This document shows, piece by piece, positions 1 to 11,936 of a stretch of DNA of 58,592 bases. Position numbers and translations under genes: made by a program. The DNA lies in the NCBI GenBank assembly GCA_964403465.1, contig CAYOFY010000001.1, positions 1-58,592 on the forward strand, given 5' to 3'. The stretch's first letter is position 1, and each line of letters starts with the position of its first letter. The notes beneath the pieces were generated by a model. The model saw only the letters and a program-made list of their open reading frames with translations. It was not told the DNA's origin and did no database searches. This stretch comes from an uncultured bacterium (lineage in GTDB: Bacteria; Ratteibacteria; UBA8468; B48-G9; JAFGKM01).

Positions 1-31
1 TTTTTTTCTATGCTCCTGGGAAACAGGTGTG

Positions 32-59
32 TTAAGCTGGATGCAAAATATGGTATAAT
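32..59 (+). promoter_or_regulatory. candidate sigma70 promoter upstream of ligA (TTAAGC-16 nt-TGgTATAAT)
   Basis: TTAAGC at 32-37, a 16-nt spacer, then extended -10 TGgTATAAT (TG 51-52, TATAAT 54-59). It lies 20 nt upstream of the ligA ATG. Confidence 0.35.
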
Positions 60-75
60 TTATATTGGGAGATGA

Positions 76-2061
<1,986 letters not shown>

Positions 2062-2949
2062 ATGAAAGAACCGAAAGAACTGAAGGATTATTTCCTGCAG
2101 CATCTTCAGGTTGAACGCAACCTTTCAAGGAACACCGTTGCCGCATACTCCGAAGATCTTAAGAAATTGCTGAATTTCCTGCATGTCAATAACTACAGAC
2201 TTGCCGGACTGGACAGCGAAAAAATAATATCCTTCATTCTCTTCCTGAAAAAACAGGGGCTTTCTTCCTCCACGATTGTAAGAACTCTTTCCTCCGTCAG
2301 GAATTTTTATAAATTCCTGGCCGGTCAGGGCATCATGAAAACAGATTCCCTTCCACTCATAGAATCCCCGAAAGTCCACAGGACACTTCCGGAGGTTCTC
2401 AACAAAGACGAGGTAAATCTTTTGATAAAAAACATCACCGGAACAAGAGATAACATCCGCAACCTTGCGATGATTGAACTGATCTACGGAGCCGGGTTGA
2501 GAGTTTCCGAGGCGTCCGGAATAAGAATCGCTGACATCAACTTTGAAAAAAACTCCATAAGAATAACCGGCAAGGGAAGCAGGGAACGTATCGTTTTCAT
2601 GAATAGGAATTCCCTCGCCGCCACGCAACGCTATCTTGAGGCACGGAACAAAATGAAAAAGGCGGCGGCATCGCCCTATCTTTTCGTGAACAACAGGGGA
2701 GGAAAAATCTCAAGGCAGTCCATCTGGAAACTGATAAAAAAATTGAACGCATTATCATACACCGGCAAGAATGTTTATCCCCACACCCTGAGGCATTCAT
2801 TCGCCACGCACCTGCTTGAAGGAGGTCTTGACCTGAGGATAGTGCAGGAACTCCTTGGCCACAAAACCCTCGCTACAACAGAGATTTACACACATATAGA
2901 TAAAAAACATATCAAGTCGCTCTATAAGAAATTCCACCCCCGTACCTGA
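2062..2949 (+). CDS. xerD: tyrosine site-specific recombinase, XerC/XerD family
   Basis: N-terminal core-binding motif 'LSRNTVAAYSEDL'. Catalytic region 'GLRVSE', 'HTLRHSFATHLLEGGLDLRIVQELLGH' and 'TEIYTH' (nucleophilic Tyr). XerC versus XerD cannot be decided from sequence alone. Confidence 0.88.
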   Translation: MKEPKELKDYFLQHLQVERNLSRNTVAAYSEDLKKLLNFLHVNNYRLAGLDSEKIISFILFLKKQGLSSSTIVRTLSSVRNFYKFLAGQGIMKTDSLPLIESPKVHRTLPEVLNKDEVNLLIKNITGTRDNIRNLAMIELIYGAGLRVSEASGIRIADINFEKNSIRITGKGSRERIVFMNRNSLAATQRYLEARNKMKKAAASPYLFVNNRGGKISRQSIWKLIKKLNALSYTGKNVYPHTLRHSFATHLLEGGLDLRIVQELLGHKTLATTEIYTHIDKKHIKSLYKKFHPRT

Positions 2950-3004
2950 AATTTCTTGAAAGCAGTATGGACCTTCCCCCTAAAAATTGCGCCAAGGATA
3001 ATTA

Positions 3005-3215
3005 GAGATTGCCGCGCCCCCCATTACGGGGCTCGCAATGACAAAGAAAAGAGAGTGCGACTTGAACCGTTCTACGGGATGAATCGCACCGCTAAAAATA
3101 TAGATCCTGAATCAAGTTCAGGATGACAATGAGAGTGGCATGAATGCACCGCTGCAATCACCCCTCATCCTATCTCTCTCCCCGAAGGGTAGAGGGAAAA
3201 GAGGGTAGGGCACCG
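3005..3215. repeat. cluster of REP-like hairpin modules (GTCAT family) between convergent xerD and aroC
   Basis: The module gattgccgcgccccccattacggggctcgcaatgaca (3007-3043) recurs at 11823-11859 (32/37 identical) and in inverted form at 34016-34065. Also present are the hairpin cctgaatcaagttcaggatgaca (3106-3128) and an internal duplicate 'gagagtg..atgaat(c)gcaccgct' (about 3051-3093 and 3131-3153). Confidence 0.85.
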
Positions 3216-4367
3216 CTACTGTTTAAGGCGCAGCCACTTTTTGTCAAGTTTGGCGAGGGAGTCGTAGGCTCTTGCCAGGTATAGAGAATCCAAAATGGCT
3301 ATGGCCATCATCGCTTCGGCAACGGCATAGATTCTCGCTACCAGCGTCGGGTCTCTCCTCGTGATGGGCTTCAGCTTCTCCTCCTTCATTTTCTTCATGT
3401 TTATGGAGGTCTGCTCTATTGATATCGTAGGGGTTGGTTTTACCGCTATTCTCACGATGACATCCTCTCCGTTTGAAATGCCGCCCAAGAATCCTCCGGC
3501 GTTGTTCGTCCTGAACCTGACCTTGCCATCCTTCGTCATATAGGGCTGGTCGTTGTTCTCGGAACCCTTCATGCTGCCCACCTTGAACCCGGCACCGAAC
3601 TCTATGCCTTTCACCGCGCCGATGCTGCATAGGGCGTGGGCAATAACTGCATTCAGTTTGTCAAAGACAGGCTCTCCCAATCCAGGAGGAACATTGTGAG
3701 CAATCAATTCTATAATGCCTCCGGCAGTATCCCCTTCATCCTTTATTTCCAGTACCCGCTTTTCCATCCTCTTCGCCGCTTCAAGATCGGGACAGTTGAT
3801 CTCGTTCTTCCTGTAGTTCTTCCTTATCTCCTCCCATGTCATGTCCTTCGCCTTTATCCCCATGCATTCTTTCGTATATCCCAGAATCTCTATCTTTTCC
3901 CGCCCAAGGATGAACCTGGCAACAGCTCCTCCTGCAACCCTCCCGACGGTTTCCCTGCCTGATGACCTTCCTGCGCCGCACCAGTCCTGCGCCTCGCCGT
4001 ATTTCAGAAAGAAGGAGTAGGTGGCATGGCCCGGCCTGAATATATCCCTGTATGCCCTGTACTGTTCAACGTGAATCTTCTGGGTATCAACGTTGTAAAT
4101 GATTATTCCCACGGGCGCTCCGGTGGTTACTCCGTCCTGCCCGATGCCGGCGAATATCTCGCACTGGTCGGTCTCTTTCCTGGGGCTGTTGAGTTTCCCG
4201 CGGCCGGGCTTCCGCTTGTCCAGTTCCTTCTGTATCACATCTCTCGTGAGTCTCAATCCCGGCGGGACGCCGTCAACAATGACCGCAAGAGCAGAGCCCT
4301 TTCCCTTTCCGTACGATTCCCCGCAGGTTGTGACACGGAATATCCTTCCAAAGGTATTTCCCAGCAT
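3216..4367 (-). CDS. aroC: chorismate synthase
   Basis: 383 aa. '[11 protein letters not shown]' matches the AroC N-terminal signature, followed by '[18 protein letters not shown]' and '[13 protein letters not shown]'. Confidence 0.95.
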   Translation of the reverse strand: MLGNTFGRIFRVTTCGESYGKGKGSALAVIVDGVPPGLRLTRDVIQKELDKRKPGRGKLNSPRKETDQCEIFAGIGQDGVTTGAPVGIIIYNVDTQKIHVEQYRAYRDIFRPGHATYSFFLKYGEAQDWCGAGRSSGRETVGRVAGGAVARFILGREKIEILGYTKECMGIKAKDMTWEEIRKNYRKNEINCPDLEAAKRMEKRVLEIKDEGDTAGGIIELIAHNVPPGLGEPVFDKLNAVIAHALCSIGAVKGIEFGAGFKVGSMKGSENNDQPYMTKDGKVRFRTNNAGGFLGGISNGEDVIVRIAVKPTPTISIEQTSINMKKMKEEKLKPITRRDPTLVARIYAVAEAMMAIAILDSLYLARAYDSLAKLDKKWLRLKQ

Positions 4368-4368
4368 G

Positions 4369-5724
4369 TTATTCCTCCGTTTTTATGTTTGCTCCCAGAC
4401 CCTTCATCAAATCCACGAAATCAGGGAATGTCACGTTGACTGCCTCGGCAGTCGTTATTTTAGTGGTGCCTTCCGCAATCAATCCCGCAAGAGCCAGCGA
4501 CATGATTACCCTGTGGTCGTAATACCCGTTGACCTCCGTTCCTTTCAAAACGCTCTTCCGGATTATCAGTCCGTCCTTCATCTCCTCAACTTCGGCGTTC
4601 ATCTTTGACAGTTCTTCCGCCATCACCTTTATCCTGTCGGTCTCTTTTATCCGTGCATGCGCAACATTGCAAAGTCTGGTTGCCCCTTCGGCAAAACAAC
4701 CCAGAACAGCCAGTGCAGGCAATGCATCGGGAGTGCTGTTCAAGTCCAGTTCCGTCCCGTGCAGTTCAGCACCCCTGATTCTTATACCTCCCTTTTCCGG
4801 CTTTATCTCCGCACCCATCTTCCTCAGATGTTCAACAATCGTCTTGTCGCCCTGGACATCATTCATATCCAGCCCTTTCAGCAGGATATCAGAGCCTGTA
4901 ATCGCGCCGGCAACGAGCAGGAACGTTGCGGAACTCCAGTCCGCGGGAATCGTCTTCTCCACAGGCCTGTATCTCTGCCTGCCTTCTATCCTGAAATGTG
5001 TGCACTCGCTGTTTCTGCCGTATATAATTCCCTGTTCATCCAGCCATTTCAACGTCATCTCTATGTATGGAATTTCATGGACATTCACAACATCTATCTC
5101 CGTATCCTCATCCGCAAGCGGGGTTGATATCAACAGCGAGGATACATACTGTGAACTTATTCCGTTAACCCTCGTTCTGCCTCCTTTTATTCTTCCTTTC
5201 ACCCTTACGGGTGGATTCCCGTTATTCCTGACGGATACCGCCTGCGCCCCGAGAATATTCAAAGCATCCAGCAATGGCTGTATGGGCCTTGATCTCAACG
5301 ATTCGTCGCCGTCCAGAGTAACTTCGGTCTCGCCGAGGGATACCACGCCGGTGACCAGGTTCATGGATGTCCCTGAATTCGCCATATTCAGAGTCGTTCC
5401 CGGATTGCACGGTTGACCTCCGAAACCACTGATTGTCCAGGTATTACCTGAGGTATCTATATTCGCCCCCAGCTTCCTGCATGCATTTACTGATGTCATT
5501 GTATCCGCGGAATCCAGAGGGTTTTTTATCCTGGATATGCCCCCTGCGAGTGAACCCATAACCACACCTCTTATCGTGTGGGATTTCGAGCCGGGAATAA
5601 GGACCTCTCCTCTCAACCTATCAGTTTTTTCCACAATTAAATTCACCCATAAATAATAACACAAGAAAGCCATGAAGACAAAACCTGCAAGGTTTCCCGG
5701 AAAGTCGCATATTTTGTGAACCAT
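4369..5724 (-). CDS. aroA: 3-phosphoshikimate 1-carboxyvinyltransferase (EPSP synthase); start codon uncertain
   Basis: Motifs 'IPGSKSHTIRG', 'MANSGTSMNL', 'RIKETDRI' and 'DHRVIMSLALAGL'. Homology only begins near 'LIVEKTDRLRGEV', so a later start (for example GTG at 5646) is as likely as the ATG at 5724. The 5724 start would leave only 26 nt to aroB. Confidence 0.9.
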   Translation of the reverse strand: MVHKICDFPGNLAGFVFMAFLCYYLWVNLIVEKTDRLRGEVLIPGSKSHTIRGVVMGSLAGGISRIKNPLDSADTMTSVNACRKLGANIDTSGNTWTISGFGGQPCNPGTTLNMANSGTSMNLVTGVVSLGETEVTLDGDESLRSRPIQPLLDALNILGAQAVSVRNNGNPPVRVKGRIKGGRTRVNGISSQYVSSLLISTPLADEDTEIDVVNVHEIPYIEMTLKWLDEQGIIYGRNSECTHFRIEGRQRYRPVEKTIPADWSSATFLLVAGAITGSDILLKGLDMNDVQGDKTIVEHLRKMGAEIKPEKGGIRIRGAELHGTELDLNSTPDALPALAVLGCFAEGATRLCNVAHARIKETDRIKVMAEELSKMNAEVEEMKDGLIIRKSVLKGTEVNGYYDHRVIMSLALAGLIAEGTTKITTAEAVNVTFPDFVDLMKGLGANIKTEE

Positions 5725-5742
5725 CGCTTTTTAATATATAAT
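5714..5742 (+). promoter_or_regulatory. candidate promoter of aroB-pheA-DAHPS operon (TTGTGA-17 nt-TATAAT)
   Basis: TTGTGA at 5714-5719, a 17-nt spacer, TATAAT at 5737-5742. The -10 ends only 8 nt before the aroB ATG (5751) and there is no Shine-Dalgarno sequence in between. Confidence 0.35.
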
Positions 5743-5750
5743 CTTTAGAT

Positions 5751-6836
5751 ATGAAAAAGATCAGGATGAATCTTGGTGAAGACAGCTATTTTATTTATGC
5801 AGGATATCCCATAGAGAAACTCGGCAGCAGGATGGATAAAAGGAATTACGGCAAAAAGGTGATGCTTCTGACTGATAGTAATGTATTTCCCCGTTATGGC
5901 CGTGCCATTGAGAAAGCTGTCACAGGAACAGGCAGGGAGGTCATTGACTTTCTGGTAAAGCCCGGCGAAGAAGTAAAAAGCCTCAGGAAGATTTACGAAA
6001 TAATGGAGGCATGCGCAAAAAACCGGATGGGCAGGGACGATACGCTTCTGACGCTTGGAGGAGGAGTAGCGAGCGACCTGGGAGGTTTTGCAGCATCCAT
6101 CTACATGAGAGGAATCAATTTCATCGCCGTTCCGACCACTTTGCTGGCTCAGGTTGATGCCTCAATAGGTGGTAAGACCGGCGTTAACCTGCCTTTCGGG
6201 AAGAATCTTGTCGGAAGTTTCTATCAGCCATCCTTCGTATATATGGATTTCAAAACACTGCAGACATTGCCGGAAATAGAGTTGAAACAGGGCCTGGCCG
6301 AAATAATAAAATACGGGGTAATAAAGAGCAGAAAGATATTTGGCATACTGGACAGCGTTTCTTTCACCGGCATAAGGAAATATCTTCCCCGGCTTATTGA
6401 GGAAAGTATCCTGATTAAAAGAGATGTCGTGGAGAAAGACGAGAAAGAGAAAAAAGGATTGAGGGAGATACTGAATTTCGGACATACGCTCGGACATGCA
6501 ATTGAAATTGCGCATTTCCCGAAACTGAGTCACGGCGAATCCGTTGCTCTGGGAATGGTCGGGGAAGGTTATTTTTCGTGGCGGCTCGGCATATGCAGGA
6601 GAGAGGTTTACTCCGACATAAGAGAGATTGTAAAAAAATGCAGGCTGCCGTTTTCATTCCAGACCGTGAAAACAGAAAGGTTGCCTGATTTCCTTCAATA
6701 TGACAAGAAAGCAAGGCGGGGCAATATAAGGTTTGTCATGGTCAGGGACATCGGAACAGTGAAAACAGGAGTGGTGATAAAGCCAGAAGAAGTGACAAGA
6801 CTGTTAAAGGAGATGGGACAGAATGAAAAACCTTAA
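5751..6836 (+). CDS. aroB: 3-dehydroquinate synthase
   Basis: 361 aa with 'LGGGVASDLGGFAA', 'DASIGGKTGVN' and 'LNFGHTLGHAIE'. Confidence 0.94.
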   Translation: MKKIRMNLGEDSYFIYAGYPIEKLGSRMDKRNYGKKVMLLTDSNVFPRYGRAIEKAVTGTGREVIDFLVKPGEEVKSLRKIYEIMEACAKNRMGRDDTLLTLGGGVASDLGGFAASIYMRGINFIAVPTTLLAQVDASIGGKTGVNLPFGKNLVGSFYQPSFVYMDFKTLQTLPEIELKQGLAEIIKYGVIKSRKIFGILDSVSFTGIRKYLPRLIEESILIKRDVVEKDEKEKKGLREILNFGHTLGHAIEIAHFPKLSHGESVALGMVGEGYFSWRLGICRREVYSDIREIVKKCRLPFSFQTVKTERLPDFLQYDKKARRGNIRFVMVRDIGTVKTGVVIKPEEVTRLLKEMGQNEKP

Positions 6837-7899
6837 TGATATCAGAAAAAAGATAGACGATATAGACAGGACGGTACTTGACCTTCTGAACTTGCGGGCA
6901 AAGAAGGTGCGGGAGATAGCGGAGGTCAAGAACCTGCATAACCTTCCACCTTTTGACCCTTCAAGGGAGAGAAAGATCATAGATGACCTTTCTTCAAAAA
7001 ACAGAGGGCCGCTGACAGGAGAAGATATTGAACTGATAATGGGCACATTGTTCAAGATATACAGGGGAATGGTCAGACCCATGCATATAGCATATTTCGG
7101 TCTTGAGGGGACGTTCGCACACCAGGCGGCGCTCAAAAAATTCGGAGAGAAGAGCGAGTATCTGCATTGCAAGACAATAGATAACGTATTCCGCGAAGTG
7201 GAGAAGGGCAGGGCGGATTACGGGGTTGTCCCTGTGGAAAATTCCACCGAGGGAGTCGTGACACATACGCTTGATATGTTCGTGGAGAGCAACCTGAAGA
7301 TAACTTCCGAGATACTGCTTGATATTCATCACTACCTGCTTTCCAGGGAAACCTCTCTGTCAAAGGTCAGGAAGATTTTTTCGCATCCGCAGGCAATAGC
7401 ACAGTGCTGGAACTGGATAATGGATAATATACCTGATGTCAAAATCATAGAAACCGAAAGCACGGCCGCTGCTGCAAAGAAAGTGAAAGCGGAGAAAAAC
7501 GCTGCTGCAATAGGTTCGTTGACTGCCTCCAGCATTTACGATATAGGCGTGCTGGCCGAGAAGATAGAGGATTACAGTGAGAATATCACAAGATTTCTCG
7601 TGATAGGTACATCTTTCACCGGAAAGACCGGACAGGACAAGACATCAATACTGCTGTCAATAAAAGACAAGGTTGGCGCATTGCACGACATCCTTCTGCC
7701 TTTCAGGGAAAACCGTATCAATCTTACGAGGATTGAATCACGTCCCAGCAAGAAGAAAGCATGGGATTACATCTTCTTCTTTGACTTCATAGGACACAAG
7801 GACGATGCGCCGGTCAAGAAAGCCCTTTCAAGGCTTGAGAAGGAAAGCGCGTTCCTGAAAATTCTCGGGTCTTACCCGACAGGCGGCAAGAATGTCTGA
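6823..7899 (+). CDS. pheA: bifunctional chorismate mutase / prephenate dehydratase (P-protein)
   Basis: N-terminal CM helix 'IDDIDRTVLDLLNLRAKKVREIAEVK'. PDT domain 'IAYFGLEGTFAHQAA' and 'VPVENSTEGVV'. C-terminal ACT 'LTRIESRPSKK..WDY.FF.D..GH'. Confidence 0.93.
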   Translation: MKNLNDIRKKIDDIDRTVLDLLNLRAKKVREIAEVKNLHNLPPFDPSRERKIIDDLSSKNRGPLTGEDIELIMGTLFKIYRGMVRPMHIAYFGLEGTFAHQAALKKFGEKSEYLHCKTIDNVFREVEKGRADYGVVPVENSTEGVVTHTLDMFVESNLKITSEILLDIHHYLLSRETSLSKVRKIFSHPQAIAQCWNWIMDNIPDVKIIETESTAAAAKKVKAEKNAAAIGSLTASSIYDIGVLAEKIEDYSENITRFLVIGTSFTGKTGQDKTSILLSIKDKVGALHDILLPFRENRINLTRIESRPSKKKAWDYIFFFDFIGHKDDAPVKKALSRLEKESAFLKILGSYPTGGKNV

Positions 7900-7930
7900 C
7901 CAGACCTGACCGCAGGAAGGAGTTGCCAGA

Positions 7931-8953
7931 ATGGCTGATATAATAATAATGGGTTCCGGAGCCACGGAAAAACAGATAAGTACAGTCATAAAAAAGATAA
8001 AAGGCCTGGGCTTTGACATCAACCTGAGCAGGGGGACTGAAAAAACCATAATCGGCATTATCGGGGATACACGGGACATATCGGATGAAGTCTTCAAGAT
8101 TCTCCCGGGTGTGGCACAGGTAATCAGCATCCTGAAGGGATACAAACTGGCAAGCCGTGAATTTCATCCGCAGGACACCGTTATAAAAACCGATGCTCTT
8201 GACATAGGAGGAGACAGTCTTACGATTATAGCGGGTCCCTGTTCAGTTGAAAGCAAGAAACAACTTTTGAACACCGCCGAACGTATCAGGAAATCCGGAG
8301 CAAGGATTCTGAGAGGCGGAGTTTTCAAACCCAGGACGTCTCCCTATTCCTTTTCCGGTCTGGGACTTGAAGGACTGCAGATCCTGAAGGAAGTGAAAGA
8401 GAAAACAGGAATGCCTGTTGTAACCGAGGTGCTTTCCCCTGAAGACGTTGACAGAACCGCAGCGATAGCGGACATCCTTCAGATAGGAGCAAGAAATATG
8501 TTTAACTACAGGTTGCTTCAGAGGGTGGGCAAAAGCAGCAGGCCGGTCCTTCTCAAAAGGTCTTTCTCGGCAACCATATCGGAGTTTCTGAATTGCGCCG
8601 AGTATATACTGAAAGAGGGAAACAAAAATGTGATACTCTGCGAAAGGGGCATAAGGTCATTTGATTCCGATTTCACAAGAAATACACTTGACCTTACGGC
8701 TGTCGCCGTCTTAAAGAAGGAGTCCCATCTGCCGGTATTTGTTGACCCGAGTCACGGAACGGGAAGGAGAGATCTGGTAACCCCCATGAGCAAGGCCGCC
8801 ATAGCGGCAGGTGCCGATGGGCTCATGATAGAGGTGCATCCAAAGCCGGAAGAGGCTCTTTCCGACGGTTTTCAGTCATTGACCCCTGAAATGTTTGCAG
8901 AGTTCATGGATGAGATAAAACCTGTGGCACGGGTAATGAACAAGAAATTCTAA
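7931..8953 (+). CDS. aroF: 3-deoxy-7-phosphoheptulonate (DAHP) synthase, type I-beta, with N-terminal ferredoxin-like regulatory domain
   Basis: Core motifs 'IIAGPCSVES', 'ILRGGVFKPRTSPYSFSGLG', 'QIGARNM' and 'VDPSHGTGRRD'. An extra N-terminal domain of about 65 aa gives the Thermotoga-type architecture. Confidence 0.9.
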   Translation: MADIIIMGSGATEKQISTVIKKIKGLGFDINLSRGTEKTIIGIIGDTRDISDEVFKILPGVAQVISILKGYKLASREFHPQDTVIKTDALDIGGDSLTIIAGPCSVESKKQLLNTAERIRKSGARILRGGVFKPRTSPYSFSGLGLEGLQILKEVKEKTGMPVVTEVLSPEDVDRTAAIADILQIGARNMFNYRLLQRVGKSSRPVLLKRSFSATISEFLNCAEYILKEGNKNVILCERGIRSFDSDFTRNTLDLTAVAVLKKESHLPVFVDPSHGTGRRDLVTPMSKAAIAAGADGLMIEVHPKPEEALSDGFQSLTPEMFAEFMDEIKPVARVMNKKF

Positions 8954-8986
8954 TTATCGTGGTAAGGAGGGAAAGGGAACAGGAAG

Positions 8987-10063
8987 ATGAAAAAACTGAG
9001 AGTTGGAATAATAGGAGCGGGAGGAATAACACAGGCTGTACATATCCCCTCTTTCAGGAAGGTGGAAAGCGTGGAGGTTGCGGCAATCTGCGACATTAAC
9101 AAAGACAAGCTTGAATACGTGGCAAGAAAGTTTGAGATAAAACAGAGTTTCACTGAATGGGAAAGACTGATTGAACAGGATCTGGATGCAGTGGTCATAT
9201 GTTCTCCGAACGCCCTGCACGCGGAACAGTCAATCAAAGCTATGAAATCAGGACTGCATGTACTATGTGAAAAACCCGTATGTCTCACGAGCGCGGAAGC
9301 GGAAAAAGTTCTTGCGACTGCAGAAAAATCAGGGCAGAAATTTATGGCGGCCTTTCCGAGAAGATTTTCAGGCGAGGCAAAGGTCCTCAAACCCATGATA
9401 GAACGGGGTGACTTCGGTGAGATTTATTATATGAAGGCCGGGTACCTGAGAAGGAGGGGAATTCCCGGGCTGGGTTCCTGGTTTACAAGCAAGAAACTCG
9501 CGGGAGGAGGTCCAATGATGGACGTCGGGGTTCACATGCTTGACCTGGTGATTTACCTTGCTGGAGCTCCGATGCCGGAGACAATAAGCGGTTCAGTCTA
9601 CAGCAAATTCAGGGATAGAGCCGTTGACGGCGGATGGCCTCCCATGGAGACAAGAAAAGGGGACAAAAACACAGGCGGGATGGAAGTGGAAGAACTTGCG
9701 TCCGGGTTTATAAAACTTTCAAATGGAGCAACCCTGTTTATCGAGGCAAGCTGGGCCGGTAATTCTGAAACAGGTTCAAGAGCGAGTCTGTTCGGCACCA
9801 AAGCCGGGGCGCAGATGCCGGATCCACTTGATGTCAAAAACCCCGTAAGAATATATTCCGAGAATAATGGTGTTCTGGCAGATATAATGCCAAACATGCC
9901 AGGTTCTGACATGTATCAGGAAGAGGTTAATCATTTTGTGGAATGTATAAGAGAGGACAGGAACCCCATAACAAAGAGAGAGGAAATACTCTCCGTTGTC
10001 GGTATAATCGAAGGCATCTACCGTTCGGCTGAAACAGGCAAACCCGTAATTCTGAAGAGATAA
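8987..10063 (+). CDS. Gfo/Idh/MocA family NAD(P)-dependent oxidoreductase
   Basis: N-terminal Rossmann 'LRVGIIGAGGITQAVHIPS', then 'VICSPNALHAEQ' and 'HVLCEKP'. Confidence 0.8.
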   Translation: MKKLRVGIIGAGGITQAVHIPSFRKVESVEVAAICDINKDKLEYVARKFEIKQSFTEWERLIEQDLDAVVICSPNALHAEQSIKAMKSGLHVLCEKPVCLTSAEAEKVLATAEKSGQKFMAAFPRRFSGEAKVLKPMIERGDFGEIYYMKAGYLRRRGIPGLGSWFTSKKLAGGGPMMDVGVHMLDLVIYLAGAPMPETISGSVYSKFRDRAVDGGWPPMETRKGDKNTGGMEVEELASGFIKLSNGATLFIEASWAGNSETGSRASLFGTKAGAQMPDPLDVKNPVRIYSENNGVLADIMPNMPGSDMYQEEVNHFVECIREDRNPITKREEILSVVGIIEGIYRSAETGKPVILKR

Positions 10064-10626
10064 TGGAAAGGAGAGAATCAAAAAGTTTCCCGTACAGACT
10101 GAAACAGGGATTGGTCCATGTCTATACCGGAGATGGCAAGGGAAAAACCACCGCTGCGGTCGGTCTGGCGGTGAGAGCCGCAGGAGCAGGATTGAAGGTC
10201 GGGTTCTTCCAGTTTTTCAAGAAACCGTTTTCCGGTGAACTGGCAGTCATGAACAGGACAAGGAATATCCATACGTACAATCTTGCACCGATGCATCCCC
10301 GCTTTCAGTATTTTTCAAGGGAAGACCTGAAGAAATACCGAGAACAATTTGAAAGAACATGGAAGACAGGGGTGGTGAGCAGGATAAGACAGAATCATTA
10401 TGACGTAATAATACTTGATGAAATTCTCATCGGAATCAGGGATAAATTCATAGGAGAGGAAAAAGTACTGGAATTGATCGGCGAGAGACCTGTGCACTCC
10501 GAGATTATCCTTACCGGAAGGTATGCCACCGACAGAATTATTGACATAGCAGACATAATAACAGATATGAAGGAAGTGAAACATCCATTTCCTGCCGTGA
10601 AGGCACGCAGGGGTATAGAGTATTGA
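10063..10626 (+). CDS. cobO: cob(I)yrinic acid a,c-diamide adenosyltransferase (CobO/BtuR family)
   Basis: 'GLVHVYTGDGKGKTTAAVGLAVRAAGAGLKV.FFQFFK' is the P-loop signature of the family, followed by 'DVIILDE'. TAATG overlap with the upstream gene. Confidence 0.85.
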   Translation: MERRESKSFPYRLKQGLVHVYTGDGKGKTTAAVGLAVRAAGAGLKVGFFQFFKKPFSGELAVMNRTRNIHTYNLAPMHPRFQYFSREDLKKYREQFERTWKTGVVSRIRQNHYDVIILDEILIGIRDKFIGEEKVLELIGERPVHSEIILTGRYATDRIIDIADIITDMKEVKHPFPAVKARRGIEY

Positions 10627-10685
10627 CGTGAAACAGATAAACAACCGGCAGAATATTATTTTTCTGAGGAAGAACAGGAGGTATC

Positions 10686-11192
10686 GTGGAATCAACAAAA
10701 AAAGAGGCATTGCAGGTACTGAAGGAACGCAGGAGCGTGCGAAGATACAAAGAAAAGGAAGTCCCTGAAAACGTAATAATGGACATCATAGACTGCGCGA
10801 GGTTTGCTCCCACTGCCATAAATATCCAGCCATGGAAATTTGTGGTCATAACAGACGCGTCGGAAAGGAAGAGAATCGCGGGTGTGGCGGACTACGGGAA
10901 ATTTATCGCCGACGCTCCTGTGTGCATAGCCGTTTTCTGCGAAGATACGAAATACTATCTTGAAGACGGGTCGGCAGCCACAACATATGTGCTTCTTGCC
11001 GCAAAGGCATACGGACTCGGCAGTTGCTGGGTTGCTGGAGACAAGAAACCTTATGCAGAGAAGATAAGAATTATGTTGAATATGCCTCAGGGTTATAAAC
11101 TTGTGAGTCTCATACCCATCGGCTATCCCGAAGAAATCCCGTCTCCGCGAAAGAAATCCTTGAAAGAAGTCCTCCATGGAGAGCGGATATAG
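10686..11192 (+). CDS. nitroreductase family protein
   Basis: 'RRSVRRYK' and 'ARFAPTAINIQPWKFVV'. GTG start 5 nt after AGGAGG. Confidence 0.85.
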   Translation: MESTKKEALQVLKERRSVRRYKEKEVPENVIMDIIDCARFAPTAINIQPWKFVVITDASERKRIAGVADYGKFIADAPVCIAVFCEDTKYYLEDGSAATTYVLLAAKAYGLGSCWVAGDKKPYAEKIRIMLNMPQGYKLVSLIPIGYPEEIPSPRKKSLKEVLHGERI

Positions 11193-11200
11193 AAAAGATG

Positions 11201-11647
11201 CTACCTTGCCCAGCTGGAAAGTGATAACATGAATTTCAGGACTTCAACTGCCTTTTCATCATCGCTGGAAGAAAATATTATTGTTGTATTTGCTCCCTTG
11301 CCTGCCGTGGTTCCGTACAGATACTTGATGTCTATATTTTCCTGTTTGAGTTTGTCCGCCACCTCCTGCAATGCGCCAGGGCGGTTTTCAAGCGAAAGCA
11401 TGACAACTTCTCTCTCCTCAAATTTATATCCCTTTTCAAACAGAATCCCGCTGAGTTTCTTATTATCATCCGTCACAATGTAAAAAACCGCGTCCCCTCC
11501 TGTCGTATAAACGCAGATATCCTCTATATTCAGACCTTTTTCGGAAATCATTTTTGAGAGGTCGGCAGTTGCCCCGATCCTGTCTTTCATTGAAACCTTC
11601 AACTCGCTCTTTCTTATGACCTTTTCCATAAATTCCCTCCCTTCCAT
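11201..11647 (-). CDS. ACT-domain (amino-acid-binding) protein
   Basis: 148 aa with two short beta-alpha-beta-beta-alpha-beta-like halves ('VSMKDRIGATADLSKMISEKGLNIEDI' and 'LSLENRPGALQEVADKLKQENIDI'). Assignment is by pattern only. Confidence 0.55.
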   Translation of the reverse strand: MEGREFMEKVIRKSELKVSMKDRIGATADLSKMISEKGLNIEDICVYTTGGDAVFYIVTDDNKKLSGILFEKGYKFEEREVVMLSLENRPGALQEVADKLKQENIDIKYLYGTTAGKGANTTIIFSSSDDEKAVEVLKFMLSLSSWAR

Positions 11648-11726
11648 CCTTATTTTACCTTTTTGGAAATATGTTTTAAACTATTTGCACAAGAAAGGAC
11701 TGAAGCATAAAAGCAAAATAATGAAC

Positions 11727-11902
11727 CCCTCACTGGAGGGTGAAACGTGAGAAGTGAAAAGTGAGACGTAAAAAAGGCAGAGACTGCCACGCACAAGACG
11801 CTCGCAACGACAAAAAGCGCCGGATTGCCACGCCCCAAAGAACGGGGCTCGCAATGACAAGAAATGTCATTTCACATCTTACATTTCACATCTCACGCTT
11901 TT
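11727..11902. mobile_element. MITE-like non-coding element with GTGAAA/GTGAGA-rich terminal inverted repeats (copy 1)
   Basis: Left arm cactggagggtgaaacgtgagaagtgaaaagtgagacgt (11731-11769). Right arm gtcatttcacatcttacatttcacatctcacgctttt (11866-11902), which is its approximate reverse complement. The interior carries the 37-nt GTCAT-family module (11823-11859). A second copy lies at 28671-28880. Confidence 0.75.
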
Positions 11903-11936
11903 GAAAGGACGGGGCAAGCGGGATAAAGGAGGTAAA

